Positions 16,936 through 31,768 of a stretch of 64,000 nucleotides of DNA are shown in pieces. Positions within the stretch are counted from its first letter, which is position 1. Each line of letters starts with the position of its first letter. The position numbers and the translations under genes were made by a program. The notes under the pieces are model-generated. The model was not told where the DNA came from, did not search any database, and was given only the letters and a program-made list of their open reading frames with translations. Origin of the DNA: the human T2T-CHM13v2.0 reference genome, Homo sapiens; NCBI RefSeq assembly GCF_009914755.1, contig NC_060947.1; one strand, given 5' to 3'.

Positions 16936-19900
16936 GTCTGTGGTCTGCCCTCTCTGCGATTGTTGGGAGTGTTGGGGGTTGCAGCGTGTTGCCCGGTTCA
17001 CTGGCGGTTGAAGAACAGTTCCCCTGGTGCTCTGTGGTGGGCCCTCTCCCTGCGGGGCACCTGGGCCGGCCTCTGAGCAGCAGCCCTGCACTCGGGCTCA
17101 CCACAGTGCCCTGGGTCTAGGTGTGTGGGGGCCCTGCCCGGCCACAGCAGCATTTCCTGCCTTTCTCCTACACGCCTTGCTCACGGTCCCTCCTCTTCTC
17201 TTCCCACTTTGGGGTCTCACAGTTCCCCTTCTTCAGCGCTATTCTCCCTCCCCTTCAGCAGGAACTGATGGCCTCCTTCCAGAACCCGTCTCTCTCACCT
17301 TTCCTCCTGCGGTTCACTGTTTCTGTTCTGCCCTCTCACCATCCTTTCCATCGTGAGCATCCTTGCTCTCCCCAGTGGCTTGATGCCAGTGGCCTTTCCT
17401 GCATGGTTATTTCCATGCTGTTGAGGAACAAGACGGAGCTCATCCTCCCCGCCCCTCAGGGGCCCAGTCCTCTTCCTTGAGCCGTTATGTCCCTCCGGTG
17501 CCACCATGCACAGGGTCAGGTCATCTGGGGCAAAAACCCGCTTGGCATCCTCAGTTCCTCTTAGCCCTCACCTTTGAACCTTAGTTACCAAATTCTGTCA
17601 GATCTCCTCCTTAGCTTCAGTAGCCAGGTGGAGACAGAAACCACATCCTGGTGGGAAGCTGAGCCAAAGGGAAGATACCTGGAGTGCGGAAGAAAAGGGC
17701 AAGACAGTCTCTCGGTTGGAGGTGGGGGCACTGAGTCTGTTCTGGTGCCTGCGGGCCAACCTGGTGGAAACCGCCCGCCGGTAGCTACGCGGAAGGCGGC
17801 TTCCACATCCTTGGTGTCCTATACGCAGCCAACAGCCCCTTCTGCAGCCGGTGGGCTCCATACCATTGATTTGAAAATGGCCAGCTGGTTTCCAGGGCAA
17901 GTGTGGATGCTAGGCCTGGCTGTTCTTGGATGGTTCCCGTGAAATACCGTTTCACCACCCCCAAGGCCAACAGGTTTTTGTGGACGTGATTATTTCTGTG
18001 TCCCTGGTCAGTCTTCCCGACCGCCTCTCGAGGTCACACGAGATTTCCTAGAGCTCCCTGTTCTGCCTTCACCCTCCCTGACAGTTGGGATCGCCCGCTT
18101 CCTTCAGCCAGAATCCTGGGCTGGGCAGGTCCCAGATTTGGGCACAGATTCCGATTCCAGTGAGGAGGTGTGTGTAGGTTCTGCCAGCTCCCATCGCCGA
18201 GAGACAGGGTGTCGAACAAGGACAGGAGAAATACAGATACCATTCAAGGTTAGCGTGTGTATGTGTGTGTGCACGCCCCTGCAAGCACCCGCTTGGGAAT
18301 CAAATTAATCGGGGGTGCTCTCCGTTGAGGGAGAATGGGCTGATTCACGGAGTGGAAGCAGTGGTGAAGGATCCATGAAGGATCGAATTCGCTAAAGCGG
18401 GGCTGGGATCTACCCTTTCACAGGAGGTGTTGTTCAATTCTAACACCTAGAAGGCTGTGGAGTGGGACGAAGGGGACATCCCCAAACACAGGGACAGGTG
18501 TCGGGGCTCTCAGAATGCTGGAGGTGCCACAGTAGGCTCCCGATCCTCCGCGGGATGGATGGGATGTCTCAGCACTCCCATGTGTGGGTGCAGTGGTAAT
18601 ACCTCAGAGTCGCTGGTTGGTGCCTCATCTAGAAGTGGGGAGCTCCCGTGGGAGGGTGCCACGACACCCGCTAACCAAGACATGGACGGGCAGGATGCCC
18701 ACAGAGAGGGTGGAAAGTGGGAAAGAGGGACTGCCCTGGGACAGCTGGTCGGGCCCGGTGTCTGCCTTCCCCCATACTCCCTGTGCGTCTCCCTGTGGGC
18801 CCATGGTGTGAGCTCAGTGAGGGGGACCATCACGCACGTGGTGGGCCAATCACAGGCCTCAGACCTGGAAACGAACGCTGGTGGGGACCTACCCCATCGG
18901 AATCCAACACCTTCCCTGAGAGGGTTGGCTTGATTCCTCGGGCCAAGGCTTTGACCCTGACACAGGTGGTTGTTTCTTGGGGGGATAACACAGTGGGCTG
19001 GTGTCTGGGGGAAGACGTGCGTCAGGGACTCTCCAGCTTGGGTTTTTGCCACCGGAGACATCTAGGCAGGTTCTGGTGGCGTGAGAACTCTAGCCCCAGG
19101 CACTGCCCCGGGGGGCATGGGCCATGGTCAACAGGGTGTGGAAGGGGAGAAGCCCGTGGACGGAGTCGTGGAAGGCGTGAACCCATCTCCCGGTGGCTGC
19201 ATTTGCCAGCCCCGCCTCTCAGCACACCACCTCGGTTCCATATTCAGACCACCTCCCGCACAATAATGAGGCTGTAACATGTACACCCCAGGCCATGGGC
19301 GGGTGGAGCCTTCCAGTTCTAGGGGAAATAGGTGCAGAATCCGAGACTCCTCGGATTAGAGGAATCCACCTGGGCCCCAGTGGAGAGGAGGAGGTCGAGC
19401 CCTTCCCCTCATTCAGTGTCCCGCTTTGTCTTTTCCTTCAATCCTGCTCTCCCACCAAGAGGAATGTGGGGTCCCGCCTGGAGAGCCTTAGACCCCCTCC
19501 TGCCTTGTCCTGCCACTCAGCTCAGACAGGCTCCGGAGGTCTGGCGAGCTGAGTGCCTGCCCTTGATGCAGCCACAGTGGCAGAGCCCTGAGCAGAATCC
19601 CACCTACACCCGGCGCCAGGGCTGCCACAGGTACATTTCCAGATGAGACCTCTTACTCTGTGGGCAGAAAAGAGCATCTCCTCTTCAGACTCCAGCTAGA
19701 GCCGAAGGTGTGTGAGTCTCTGCACACGCCCACCAGCCAGAGTCCCCTAGGGTGGCCTTCCAGGCTGTGGCGGAGGCCCAGGGCATCGCACACGGGGATG
19801 TGAGATGGCAGTCATAGGATCATAGTGGTCATGGTGAGTACCAGCCATGAACTTTAGCCCGCCTGGAACACACTCCTGGGTGAACTCGGACAACCTCACG

Positions 19901-21070
19901 CACATCTGTCCTCAACCTCCACCCCAAGAACTCCTCCTTTTCCCCACACATTTTCTCATCATGCGTTTCCTCGAAGGATGAGGCCAACACCAGTGTTTGC
20001 CAGGTACGGCCGCGTAGGCTGTGGCCGCCAGGGTGGCCACATCTATCTGTGGGATTCCAGGGTGCTCTGTTCTCGTGATCCAGCGTGAACGGCGCCCATG
20101 TGGTTGTGCAATGTTGAAGTCCAGGTCACTACCATGCAGAGCGAGGAACAGAAGGTTGGCAGGGTTTTGGAACCCTCCTGTTTGCCCCATCCTGATCACT
20201 ACCTCCCGCTTTGCACACCCCAGAGGAAATGACTCTGCTGGCTTTTACAATAATCACTCACTTCCCTTTAAGTATTAATAATTGTCATTTAATAACCCTC
20301 ACCAACATATAAAAGTTAGAGGCAGTTAAATGTAAAATTATATGTTTGAAACATGATACACACACACACACACGCACACACACACACACGGAGAGAACTC
20401 AGAAGCCCGCCATCTGACAAACAGTTGTAAGGTGATCAAGCCAGGTAACTACTACCCAGGTCATGAAACTGTACATTGCACCTTTAGAGAATCGCAGTCC
20501 GAGTGTCTTTCTCTGAAGGAAGCCAAATGCACATGCTACGTACCGTGTGATTCCATTTATATGACATTCTGGAAAAGGCAAAACTCTAGGAACACAAAAC
20601 AGATTGATGGTTGCCAGGGTCTGAGGGTTAAGACGAGGAGTTCAGTACAAGAGGACGTAAGGGAACCTGGCGGGGGAGGGGGGCGGGGGATGGCGATGCT
20701 CTATATCTATATATATTGTGCTGGTGTTTTTACAGCCATACGCATTTACGAGATCTCACAGACCTCTGTGTAAGTTATAGCCCAATAGTCCTGACTTTTT
20801 AGAAAAAAAAAATTGTCAGCAATACATCTCAAATGGAAATTGACATTTAGTCAATACCTTTTGTGACTACGAAGAGCATGTTTGTCTCCCCGAATCTGTT
20901 AATGTGGGGAATTATACCACTGTATTTTCTGAAGAGAAATTAAGTTCGTATTTCTGGGATGAAGCCAATATTAGTCATGCCATATTAGGTATTTTCCTTT
21001 TTATATCCTGTAGGCTTCCGTGTGCTAAGATTCTGCTTCCAATTTTTACTTCTATGTCACGAGCATGTGA

Positions 21071-21500
<430 letters not shown>

Positions 21501-22242
21501 CCTCACTTTCAATTTTCTGCACGAGTTTGTGTAAAATGGAAGATATGTATTCCTAGGATGTTTGTCAGAATGTGGTGGTGAATCCTGGAGTTCATTCGTG
21601 GAAAGCCTTTGACTACTGATATCTTTCTGTAATGATTCTGGAACGGTTCAGGTTGGCTGTGCCTTCTTGTGTCAGTTTTGGCGGGTTTGGTTTCCTAGCA
21701 ATTGGTGACCTTTTTCACTGTTTTCAAACTGACTGGAATAAAATGGTCCATAATACCCGCTTCATCCCAGATTGCATTTGTTTAAATTTTGGAGTCACAG
21801 GAGAGTTAGTTGCAGGGAAAGCACAAGGAGCACCCATACGTATATTCTTCAACTGCATCCTCCAGTTGTTACCACTTTCTCACATCTGCTTCAGCCCTCC
21901 CTCCATCCTGCACCCCTGTCTTTCTCTAAGCGTGTGTGCGTGCTTGTATTTTTGTTTTATTGTTTTGTGGAATCATTTGAGATCCCTTGGAATCATTTAG
22001 ATCCATCATCGGTAAATACTGCAGCATGTATCGCCTGCAAGGAAGCATGGGCTCCCACAAAACCTTAATGCCACCATGACACTCAGGAAATGTAACATGG
22101 AGACCACACAATTTTCTACTGTATGATCACATGAAACATTCTCCGATTGTCCCCATGGTCCCATAGTATCCCTCATAGCTGCTTTCTAACAAAATTCTCT
22201 TTCCAACCAAACATCATGCTTTGCATTTAGTTGTCAAGTCTC

Positions 22243-22733
<491 letters not shown>

Positions 22734-23092
22734 TTAAAGTGTGCTTTAAACCAGTGCAGTCATTGTCAGGAAGCCCTTGAACGTAGGTTTGTCGAATGGC
22801 TTCCTTGTGATTAGATTCAGGTAGGTATAACATTTTTGGCAGGACTACTGCATAGCAGACATGCTGTTCTTCTCAGTGCACGACATCAGCAGATTCTCCA
22901 TGTCGGTTTGTCTCATGACTGGCGATGTTCATCTTGACCATGTGCTCAGGGCGCTGTTCCAGATTACCCCATTGTGAAAGTGCCATCTTCTCTTTGTATT
23001 TAATTAGCTATGCGCTGTTACTGCATGGGCACTCTGTGTGAATATCCAGTTCCCCCACAATATCTTCTTTCTATCTTTTGGATGTCTGCATA

Positions 23093-23502
23093 TGATATGG
23101 CTTGGAACCGTGTCCCCACCAAGTCTTCTGTCAAACTGTGACTTCTAATGCTGGAGGTGGGGCCTGGTGGGAGGTGACTGGATCATGGGGCTGGATTTCT
23201 CAGGAATGGTTTAGCAGCATCCACTTGGTACTGTCCCTGTGGTCGCGAGTGAGTTGTCATGAGTCTGGTTGTTTAAAAGTGTGTGACACCTCCCCCTGTT
23301 CTCTCTCTCTTGCTCCTGCTCCTACCATGTAACAAGTACCTGCTCCTGTTTTGCCTTCTGCCATGATTGCAAGTTTCCTGAGTCCTCCTAGAAGCAGAAG
23401 CCGCTATGCTACCAGTACAGCCTGCAGAACCATGAGCTCTTCTCTTTATAAATGACTCGGTCTTGGATATTTCTATATAGCAACACGAGAACGGACGTAA
23501 CA
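23093..23502 (+). mobile_element. MST MaLR solo LTR (paralog of 4342-4758)
   Basis: TGATATGGCTTGG...TATAGCAACACGAGAACGGACGTAACA. Confidence 0.8.
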
Positions 23503-25544
23503 TCGTTTGTGCTTATTTCTCCCTTTTCTTTCCTGATAGCGGTGCCCTTCTCCCTTGTTTTCTTGACCAGTCTCACAAGAGGTTTACCAATTTCATTCTT
23601 CTTCCAAACACCCAACTTCTGGTTTTGTGATCCTTATGCTTGTTTCCACTTTCACTGATTTCTGCTTTTACCTTGATGACTTCCTTCTACTTTCCTTGGT
23701 CTTACGTTGGGCTTCTTTTTCGAACGTTTTCTCTTTAATTGTCTGCGATCCTCTTTTAAATATATGCTTTTAGCAGCCTACACGTCCCTCTCAGGACTCC
23801 TTTACTGGTGCCGACAAGGGTTTATGAGTAGTATTTTTGTAATCATCCAGTCCCAAATATGGGAAACAATGAAAATCACAACTTCCATGGGACGGAATGA
23901 ATACATTGTGGTATGTTAATACAATGGAATACTATTTCAGCAACGGAAAAGTACAAAGTACTCCTCCATGGAATAATAGGCGCGAATCTTACAAAGATAA
24001 CATCGAGGGAAAGAAGCAAGGGACAACACGGACATGCTTAATGATTCCATTCCTATAACTTCAAATGACAGGCAACACTAACCTACCTTGTTGAAGAATG
24101 CATACTTAGGATATAAAACCACAGAGAAGAGCAAGGAAAGGACAATCAGAAAAGTCAGGATGTTGGTTTCCCCTTGCAGTAGGAGTGGGGCTGAGCTCAG
24201 GCAGGGACACCCCAGGAGGCTCTGGGGAATGCTGGCGGTGTTCTTCTCTGGGACCTAGGGGAGCGTTCCTGTGCAGGTGCACTGGACAATCATTTATTAA
24301 ACTATGCACATAAACTGTGATGTTTTCTTTCTGTACGTTGCCTGCCACCATAAGCAGACAAAACAATAGTGCTAAGGGAAGTAACACTGCATTAAACAGG
24401 TAAGTATTTTATAACCAGAAGGATAACCAAAATTTTATTTTCTCTATTTATAGCAGATCTCCTTGCGAGTACTAATATCAGTTTATTGATAGTGATAGCT
24501 TGATTTCAAATTCTCATAGATTTCACCAAACATCGTAGGAACGATGCTTACATAATTGTGATATTAATTTCGATGTTTTGGTAAATATTTTATATTTGGG
24601 TGGCAAGTTTTCATTCAGAATTTGTGATTATGTGTTGGAACACCATGCACTTGGTACATTTTTCTCACGGGAGATTTGTCACCTCCCCATCCACTTATTC
24701 TCAGGGGCAGACGACTTAGGACCTGAGAAAAAGAAATTAAGGCAACAACATTAAGGGGCAGCAACGCAAATTTTTACCTTCATAGTTTATATCAGTTAAT
24801 TGTGGTATACTCACATGATGGAATACCTTTTTTTTTTTTTTTTTTTTGCAATGGAAATGTACGGGGTATTCTTAGGGATACTGTCCATTTTTAAGAAAAG
24901 TCCATTACCAAGATATAACAAATTACATAAAGTTAACTATCATATGATATTTATAAAGCATACTACACATATATACAAGTTTAGAAAACCAATCGACTGT
25001 GAATGAACTATTGTGAAGTGAGGAAAACACGTATTGAGTACTGAGGTCAAGAAAGAGTACATTGCAGTTCTAGAGGTCTTATATGTATTTCATTGTGCTA
25101 AAGACACCAAATATGAAACTCTACATAATGTATGATTCCATTTGTAGAACATTCTTAAAACTGGAAAACTACACATACAGAAAACTAATCAGTCATTTCC
25201 AGGTCTGTGGATTGTGAGAAGTGTTTAACTACAAATGTGTGTTATTTGTTATTAGCAATTTTGCCCCTCTTTATTTTGAAATGTAACATACATAGAGAGA
25301 ACCTCACAATATGTGTGTGTTGTTTAATAAGTGATTATCAAGGGCACCTCTACAGAAACACCCCCATGTCACAGAGGAGAACACCGCCAGCATTCCCCAA
25401 AGCTCCTGGGGTGTCTCTGCCTGATCTCAGCCTCATTCCTCCTTCAAGAGGAAACCAACACATTTACATTTGTGATCCTTCTTTCCTCTTTTTTCTCTAC
25501 GTTTTTCTGTCCTATGTCCTATATTACATTCTTTTAATACTACA

Positions 25545-27880
25545 GTATGCCTGCAGACGACATGTTCCTAAATCTAGAAAACCACACAGTCTCAGCCCCA
25601 AAGCTCCTTAAGCTGATAATCAACTTCAGCAAAGTCTCAGGATACCAAATCAATGTGAAAAATCGCTAACATTCGTATACACCAACAACAGTCAAGCAGA
25701 GAGCCAAATCGGGAACACAGTCCCATTCATAATTGCTACACACACCAAGATACCCAGGAATACACCACACCAGGGAGGTGAAAGATCTCTACAAGAAGAA
25801 CTACAAAATACTGCTCAAGGAAATCAGAGACGTGACAAACAAATGGAAAAACATTTCTGCTCATGAATAGGAAGAATCAATATCATTAAAGTGGCCATAC
25901 TGCCCAAAGCAATTTGCAGATTCAATGCGATTCCTATTAAGTTACCTTTGGCATTCTTCACAGTACGAGGAAACCTATTTTAAAATTCATATGGAACTGA
26001 AAAAGAGTCTGAATGGCCAAGGCAATTCTAAGTGAAAAAGAACAAAGCTGGAGGCATCACGCTACCCGACTTCAAACTATACCGCAAGCCTACACTAACC
26101 AAAACAGCATGGTACTGGTACAAAAACAGACATGGAGACCAATGGAACACAATAGAGAACCCAGAAATGAGGCCCCACACCTACAACTATCTGGTCTTTG
26201 ACAAACCTGACGAAAGCAAGCAATGGGGAAAGGATTCCCTATTCAGCAAACGGTGCTGGGATAACTGGCTAGCCATATATGGAAGACTGAAACTGAACCC
26301 CTTTCTTACACCAGGTACTAGTCCGTTCTCTTGCTGCTAATAAAGACATACCCGAGACTGGGTAATTTATAAAGAAAAGAAGTTTAACGGACTCACAGTT
26401 CCACATGCCTTGGGAGGCCTCACAATCATGGCAGAAGGCGAAGGAGGAGCAAAGGATGTGCGTTACATGGCGACAGGGAAGACAGCATGTGCAGGGGAAC
26501 TGCCCTTTATAAAACCATGAGATCTCATGAGACTTATTCGCTATCATGAGAACAGCACAGGAAAAATCCACCCCCGTGACTCAATTACCGCCCACCGGAT
26601 CCCTCCCACAACACGTGGGGATTATGGGAGCTACAGTTCAAGAGGAGATTTGGGTGGGAACACAGCCAAACTATATCACACCATACACAAAAGTTAACTC
26701 AACATGGATTAAAGACTTAAATGTAAAACCCCAAGCTATAAAATCCCTGAAAGGCAACCCAGGCAATCATTTTCTGGATAAGGAATGGGCAAAGATTTCA
26801 TGACGAAGACACCAAGAGCAATTACAACAAAAGCAAAAATTGACAAATGGGATCTAATTAAACTAAAGAGCTCTGCACACTAAAGGAAACTACCAGCAGA
26901 GTGAACAGACAACCTACAGAATAAGAGAAAACTTTTGCAGACTATGGATCTGACAAAGGTCTAATATCTAGCATCTATAAGGAACTTAAACAAGTTTACA
27001 AGGAAAAAACCAAACAACCCCATTAAAAAGTGGGCAAAGGACACGAACAGTCACTTTTCAAAACAAGACGTACATGCGGCCAACAATCCTGTGAAAGAAA
27101 GCTCAACATCACTGACCATTAGAGAAATGCAAATCAAAACCACAATGAGATACCATCTCACGCCAGTCAGAATGGCTATTACTACAAAGTAAAAAAATAA
27201 TGGATACTGGCAAGGTTGCAGAGAAAAAGGAACACTTATACACTGTTGGTGAGAGTGTAAATTAGTTTAACCATTGTGGAAGACAGTGTGGTGATTCCTC
27301 GAAGACCTAAAGACAGAAATACCATTCGGCCCAGCAATCTCATCGCTGAGCATATACCCAAAGGAATATAATAAATCATTCTGTTATCAAGACACGTGCA
27401 CGTGTATATTCATTGCAGCACTATTCACAATAGCAAAGACATGGAATCAACCTAAATGCCCATCAATGGTAGACTGGATAAAGAAAATGTGGTACATATA
27501 CACCACGGGATACTATGCGGCCATAAAAAAGAATGAGATCAGGTCCTTTGCAGGAACATGGTTGGATCTGGAGACCATTATCCTTAGCAAACTAATGCAG
27601 GAACAGAAAACCAAATATCGCATATTCCCACTTACAAGTGGGAGCTAAACCATGAGAACACGGGGACACAAAGAGGGGAACAACACACACTGGGGCCTAT
27701 TGGACGGTGGAGGGTGGGAGGATGGAGAGGAGCAGGAAAAATAACGAATGGGTACTAGGCTTAATCACTGGGTGACGAAACAATTTCTACAAGAAACCCC
27801 CACGACACAAGTTTACCTATGTAACAAACCTGTACATGTACCTCTGAACTTAAAATAAAAGTTCAATTCAAGAAATAAGA
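25545..27880 (+). mobile_element. LINE-1 3' portion with 3'UTR (paralog of 1-2130)
   Basis: [16 protein letters not shown]...WGKDSLF and MVDWIKKMWYIY peptides; 3' end GTAACAAACCTGTACATGTACCTCTGAACTTAAAATAAAAG. Confidence 0.9.
26314..26678 (-). mobile_element. THE1B-like solo LTR (paralog of 973-1336)
   Basis: Reverse complement of the left copy; CACCA TSD at 26309-26313 and 26679-26683. Confidence 0.9.
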
Positions 27881-27964
27881 ATAATATGGTTTGGTGTTGA
27901 CTGTTATGTACTTTTATATTAGTGGAATCAGAAAATATGTTCATATTTCTTGCTTCTTGTGTTT

Positions 27965-28090
27965 AATGTCAGGAGTTTGGTTTTGGATATTTAAATTTGA
28001 GATGCCTATTAGGTATCCACGTGGAGAAGCTGAGTAGACAAAGGTCTGGATCTGGGCTGAAGAAATACATATGAGAGTCATCGTAGTATC
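27965..28090 (+). mobile_element. L2 fragment
   Basis: AGGAGTTTGGTTTTGGATATTTAAATTTGAGATGCCTATTAGGTATCCACGTGGAGA, typical of the L2 3' region. Confidence 0.6.
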
Positions 28091-28113
28091 GATTTTTTTT
28101 TTTCAGGGCCCAT

Positions 28114-28514
28114 CGCAGAGCTTATAGCTTGCAGTGAACGCCAAGAATGAGTTCTCAGACAAATCCAGCTGAGGGGGGCCGGGGGCAGCTCTTCTAAGAG
28201 ACTCCGCCCCAGCATCTGTCCGCCAAGTATTCATTGAAAGGGCTTGTTAGACCACAAACATCCACTAGATGGCCTTTTTGAGGTCGGGTCATGAGACACC
28301 TGTGGCCTGGTAAAAGCACTCAAACCGCATTCTCGGGAGGCTGTTTTCAGCGTTCCTTATCACACCACACACTCCACTCCCCGTCCTGTTTTCAGGGTCA
28401 AGGAGTTTCATTCTCATGCACAAATAACATACACACAGTGCCTCAGTATGTTTCCATGCCCCGACCTCAAACGCCTTGTACATAAGCTTGAATATGCTGT
28501 CGTGCACCCCGCCA
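28114..28514 (-). mobile_element. Proviral 3' LTR
   Basis: Direct repeat of 34100-34501; preceded in viral sense by a polypurine tract (AAAGAAGGGGG...AATA, 28515-28533), then TG. Confidence 0.92.
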
Positions 28515-30450
28515 TATTCCCCCCTTCTTTAATTCTTATAGCGTGCTGGTCATCCAATGCAAGGTAAGCTTCCATGATTCTTCCCTGGTCATAGATGCGT
28601 CGGGTGGCAGCACAGAGCCATCTGCAAGTGCCTAGCAAACAGATACAAAAAAGAATAAGTACAGCGGCCATCACCCAAATGCGTATGTTTAACCCAGACA
28701 ACCAAGTGTTCGGGTTTAACCATTGAAAGCCTTCTTGTAATTGCTGAAGGATACTTGTTTGTAATTGCTGCGACCATTCTTCAAGGTGTTTCTTTAATTC
28801 ACACTCAAGAATGGAAATTTGAGAAGACAAATGGTCGTGATAAGCCCCTTGCAGATGTGCTTTCACTCTCTCCCAAGCATATTGGGAGCTATTATATGGC
28901 AGAGGCGTGACACAGATAGAATTATATTGCCAATCAACAATGTAAATTTTGATGGGTAATGAATGCCTGCTGCTGATTCCCCAGTTATTCAACAGCGGCT
29001 TCAAGAGACCGGGCGAGACAGAATGGTTTTATCTATATTTACCTGTTCTTGAAATTCACGGGTTACATTATACACCATGTGGTTCACCACTGAGGCTGTG
29101 TGAATAGATTCTGTCAGAGAAACAGCTGCAGTAGCAGCAGTTGCTAATATAATAATAGCTGAGACTAAAAAGGCAATTAAAGTGGCCAGGAATCTTTTTT
29201 TTTTTTTTTTTTTCCGAGTATGAGATAGTGATTTTCTAAATAGCTGCAGGGTGGAATCTCCTTTTCAGCTCCAGGTTAAATTTACAGGCAGCCACAATTC
29301 TGCACGCCATTTTAAGATCATGACATAGGTTATATCCAACTGTGTAATGTTTCGATGGACAAGCATGCAGCATACCAACTACTGGAAGAGACTTTAATAC
29401 TATAAAAAGATTGATTCTGCTCTATGTTAGGAACACCTTGCCCAAACAAAAGTATATAAGGGTGCGTGGTACAAATCAGGACTGTGTCAGTAACATTATT
29501 ATGCAAAGAGAGGGTATGGTTGCCACCGCCAGTAATATACTCACCATGTGAAAGAACCCGTTCAAAAAAAGGAAATCCTAATCTCCAAATTTGGGTATGA
29601 GCAGGGCTTAAAGCTTGTTTCCCTCTCACTTGTAATACTGGTCCTGAAAGCCCATACTCTGACTAGGTAATAGGACTACTGGAGGGACTCCCAAGTCCAA
29701 TAGTCTGATTTGCAGACATAAGATTACCACGGGGACCCCAATCAAGTAAGGTGCCATTATCAAACAGAGGCCCTTGACGTGGAGCAGGCTGTCTGCACGG
29801 CGACCACTGGACGGCCTCAAACTTTTATCGCCAGTCCCTACTCGGACGGCATATAGGAAGATCAGGCACTTGTGTAGCTTCATTAGAGACCTCAGTAAGA
29901 TTAGTGGTAATAGTAGAAATAAAGGTCAAGTTTGCAAGCTTAGCATCCCTTTTAGGCTGATAGTAAAGATACTCCTGAGGGATGAGAGTAACACACTTAT
30001 CATGTGCTATTGTGGAAAAACAAAGAGGGGGATTACTAGACAATAAAATCGAGGAGTAATTAAGTTGAATCCATCCCAAATTTTCAGTTACGGGGTAAGA
30101 CAGAGGCATCCATCGGCCTCCTGCCCAAGAAGTATCATTAGATGACAAAGGCGGGTCAGCATCCCACCATGTAATAACATTAAAAACAGGGGGATTTAGA
30201 ACATGACTCCAATAAACGTGTCCTTAAGCTGATCCCACTTAGCAAAGGACAAGAATTACCTGCCACCCCAACATCCATGTCTGTCTTACTTTCTCAGAAG
30301 TTTCCCCAATTGCCACCAGATATGTAAGAAACCGATTGTCTGCAGTTGCAGGGGCTTCCACGGCGGCAAGCTGGATAGATGCTTGTTGATTCAATTTCTT
30401 TAGCTGTCCCCAGGTGATGTCAGGTGCCTTCCGAGTCATCACCATCATTG
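28515..30450 (-). pseudogene. Proviral env remnant (leader, SU, TM)
   Basis: Leader ITWGQLKKL; SU NDTSWAGGRW..NPPLCF; furin site with expanded A-run followed by FLATLIAFLVSAIIILATAATAAVSL; TM DWQYNSICVTPLPYNSSQYAWERVKAHLQG; frameshifted. Confidence 0.88.
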
Positions 30451-30499
30451 TTGGTTGGTTCTCCAACGACTGGTCCTGTTCTCTAGAAGAGAGCCCCAT

Positions 30500-31768
30500 A
30501 TTCCCCCCCGCCCTTTTTAAATTAAGATATACTTTAAGAGTTTGATGAGCTCGTTTAACAATGGCCTGACTGGTTGAGTTATAAGGAATATCAGTTTTAT
30601 GTTGCATGTGCCAAAGTTGCAATGCATATGTAAATCGAGCGCTAAGATAGGAAGGTCCATTATTAGTTTTTATAGTGTGTGGAAGGCTTAGAGTTATCAT
30701 AGATTTAAACAAATGAGCGATTGCATCTTTAGTTTTTTCTCCTGTCTGGGAGGTAGCATGTATTAGGCCTGTATATGTGTCCACGGTAACATGGAGAAAT
30801 TTAAAACGTCCAAAGGGTGGACACCGAGTGACATTAGTTTGCCAGATAGCATTAGGCACCAGACCTCGTAGGTTGGCACTAAGCCCTAAGGAAAAGGGGG
30901 AAAGAGAATGCTGTTGGCAATTAGGACAAGTTTTAATAATCATGCAAGCTTGAGTAAGTGTCAAATGAAGCTGTTGTTTAAGACGGCGGGCGTTCCGATG
31001 AAAAAACAACATGATCAGCTTGAGCTTGCAAAAAAGCAGGAGAATTTGCAAAGCACATCTGTGGTCGTACCAGAGCATCAGCTCAAGCATTCCCTTCTGA
31101 TAAGGACCAGGTAGCCCAGAATGACGGCGAATATGTGTGATGTAAAGAGGGTGATGACAGGCACAGAGGAGCTCTTGCGCTGCAAGAAACAAAGCTAATA
31201 GGGGTTTATTAGTAATGCCCTTCACATGTGCAAGATCTAAATGAGTAATACTATACACCACATAAGCGGAATCACCAACGATATTTATGTCTTGGTGAGG
31301 AAAAGTTTGTAAGGCCAATATCAGGGCACCTAATTCCGCCTGTTGCATAGTTTTTAAAATGCTCCTGGATTTTGTACTGCCAGTTCTGCATGGCATCTTG
31401 CCACACTATAGCTGCTTTTTCAGTTTTTGGGTTTTTTTTTAACCATCTGTAAAGACAGTGGTGGCATGAAGTAAAGGCTCAGAGACAACAATACATACAA
31501 ATTAAACAGGTACAGTTTGTAAAAAGTTCAGGAGCTTAGAGGCTGGTAAATGAAAGCTGATATTACCAATAAAGACAGCCATTGCTACTTGCCAATCAAG
31601 ATCACAAGCTAAGAGAGTGTGAAATTGTTCCTTGCTTAAAGGTAGGAAAAGAGTAGCAGGGTCTTATCCTGACAGCTGGACGCAACGTTGGCGTCCTTTT
31701 ATGAGAAGAGAAGCTATTATATCTGTAGTCTTTTGTATAAGTTTAGAGGGATTATGAGACAGGTACAT
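30500..31768 (-). pseudogene. Proviral pol remnant (RT connection, RNase H, integrase core)
   Basis: QQAELGAL, NIVGDSAY, H..N......HLTLTQACMIIKTCPNC, WQTNVT, VTVDTYTG, IKTNNGP, IPYNSTSQAIVKRAH; the IN C-terminus is deleted. Confidence 0.92.

Noticed and set aside
30239-31396. 385-aa ORF as a functional or domesticated viral protein
   Set aside because: It is a chance fusion of RNase H, frameshifted IN and env leader, with all DDE residues lost.
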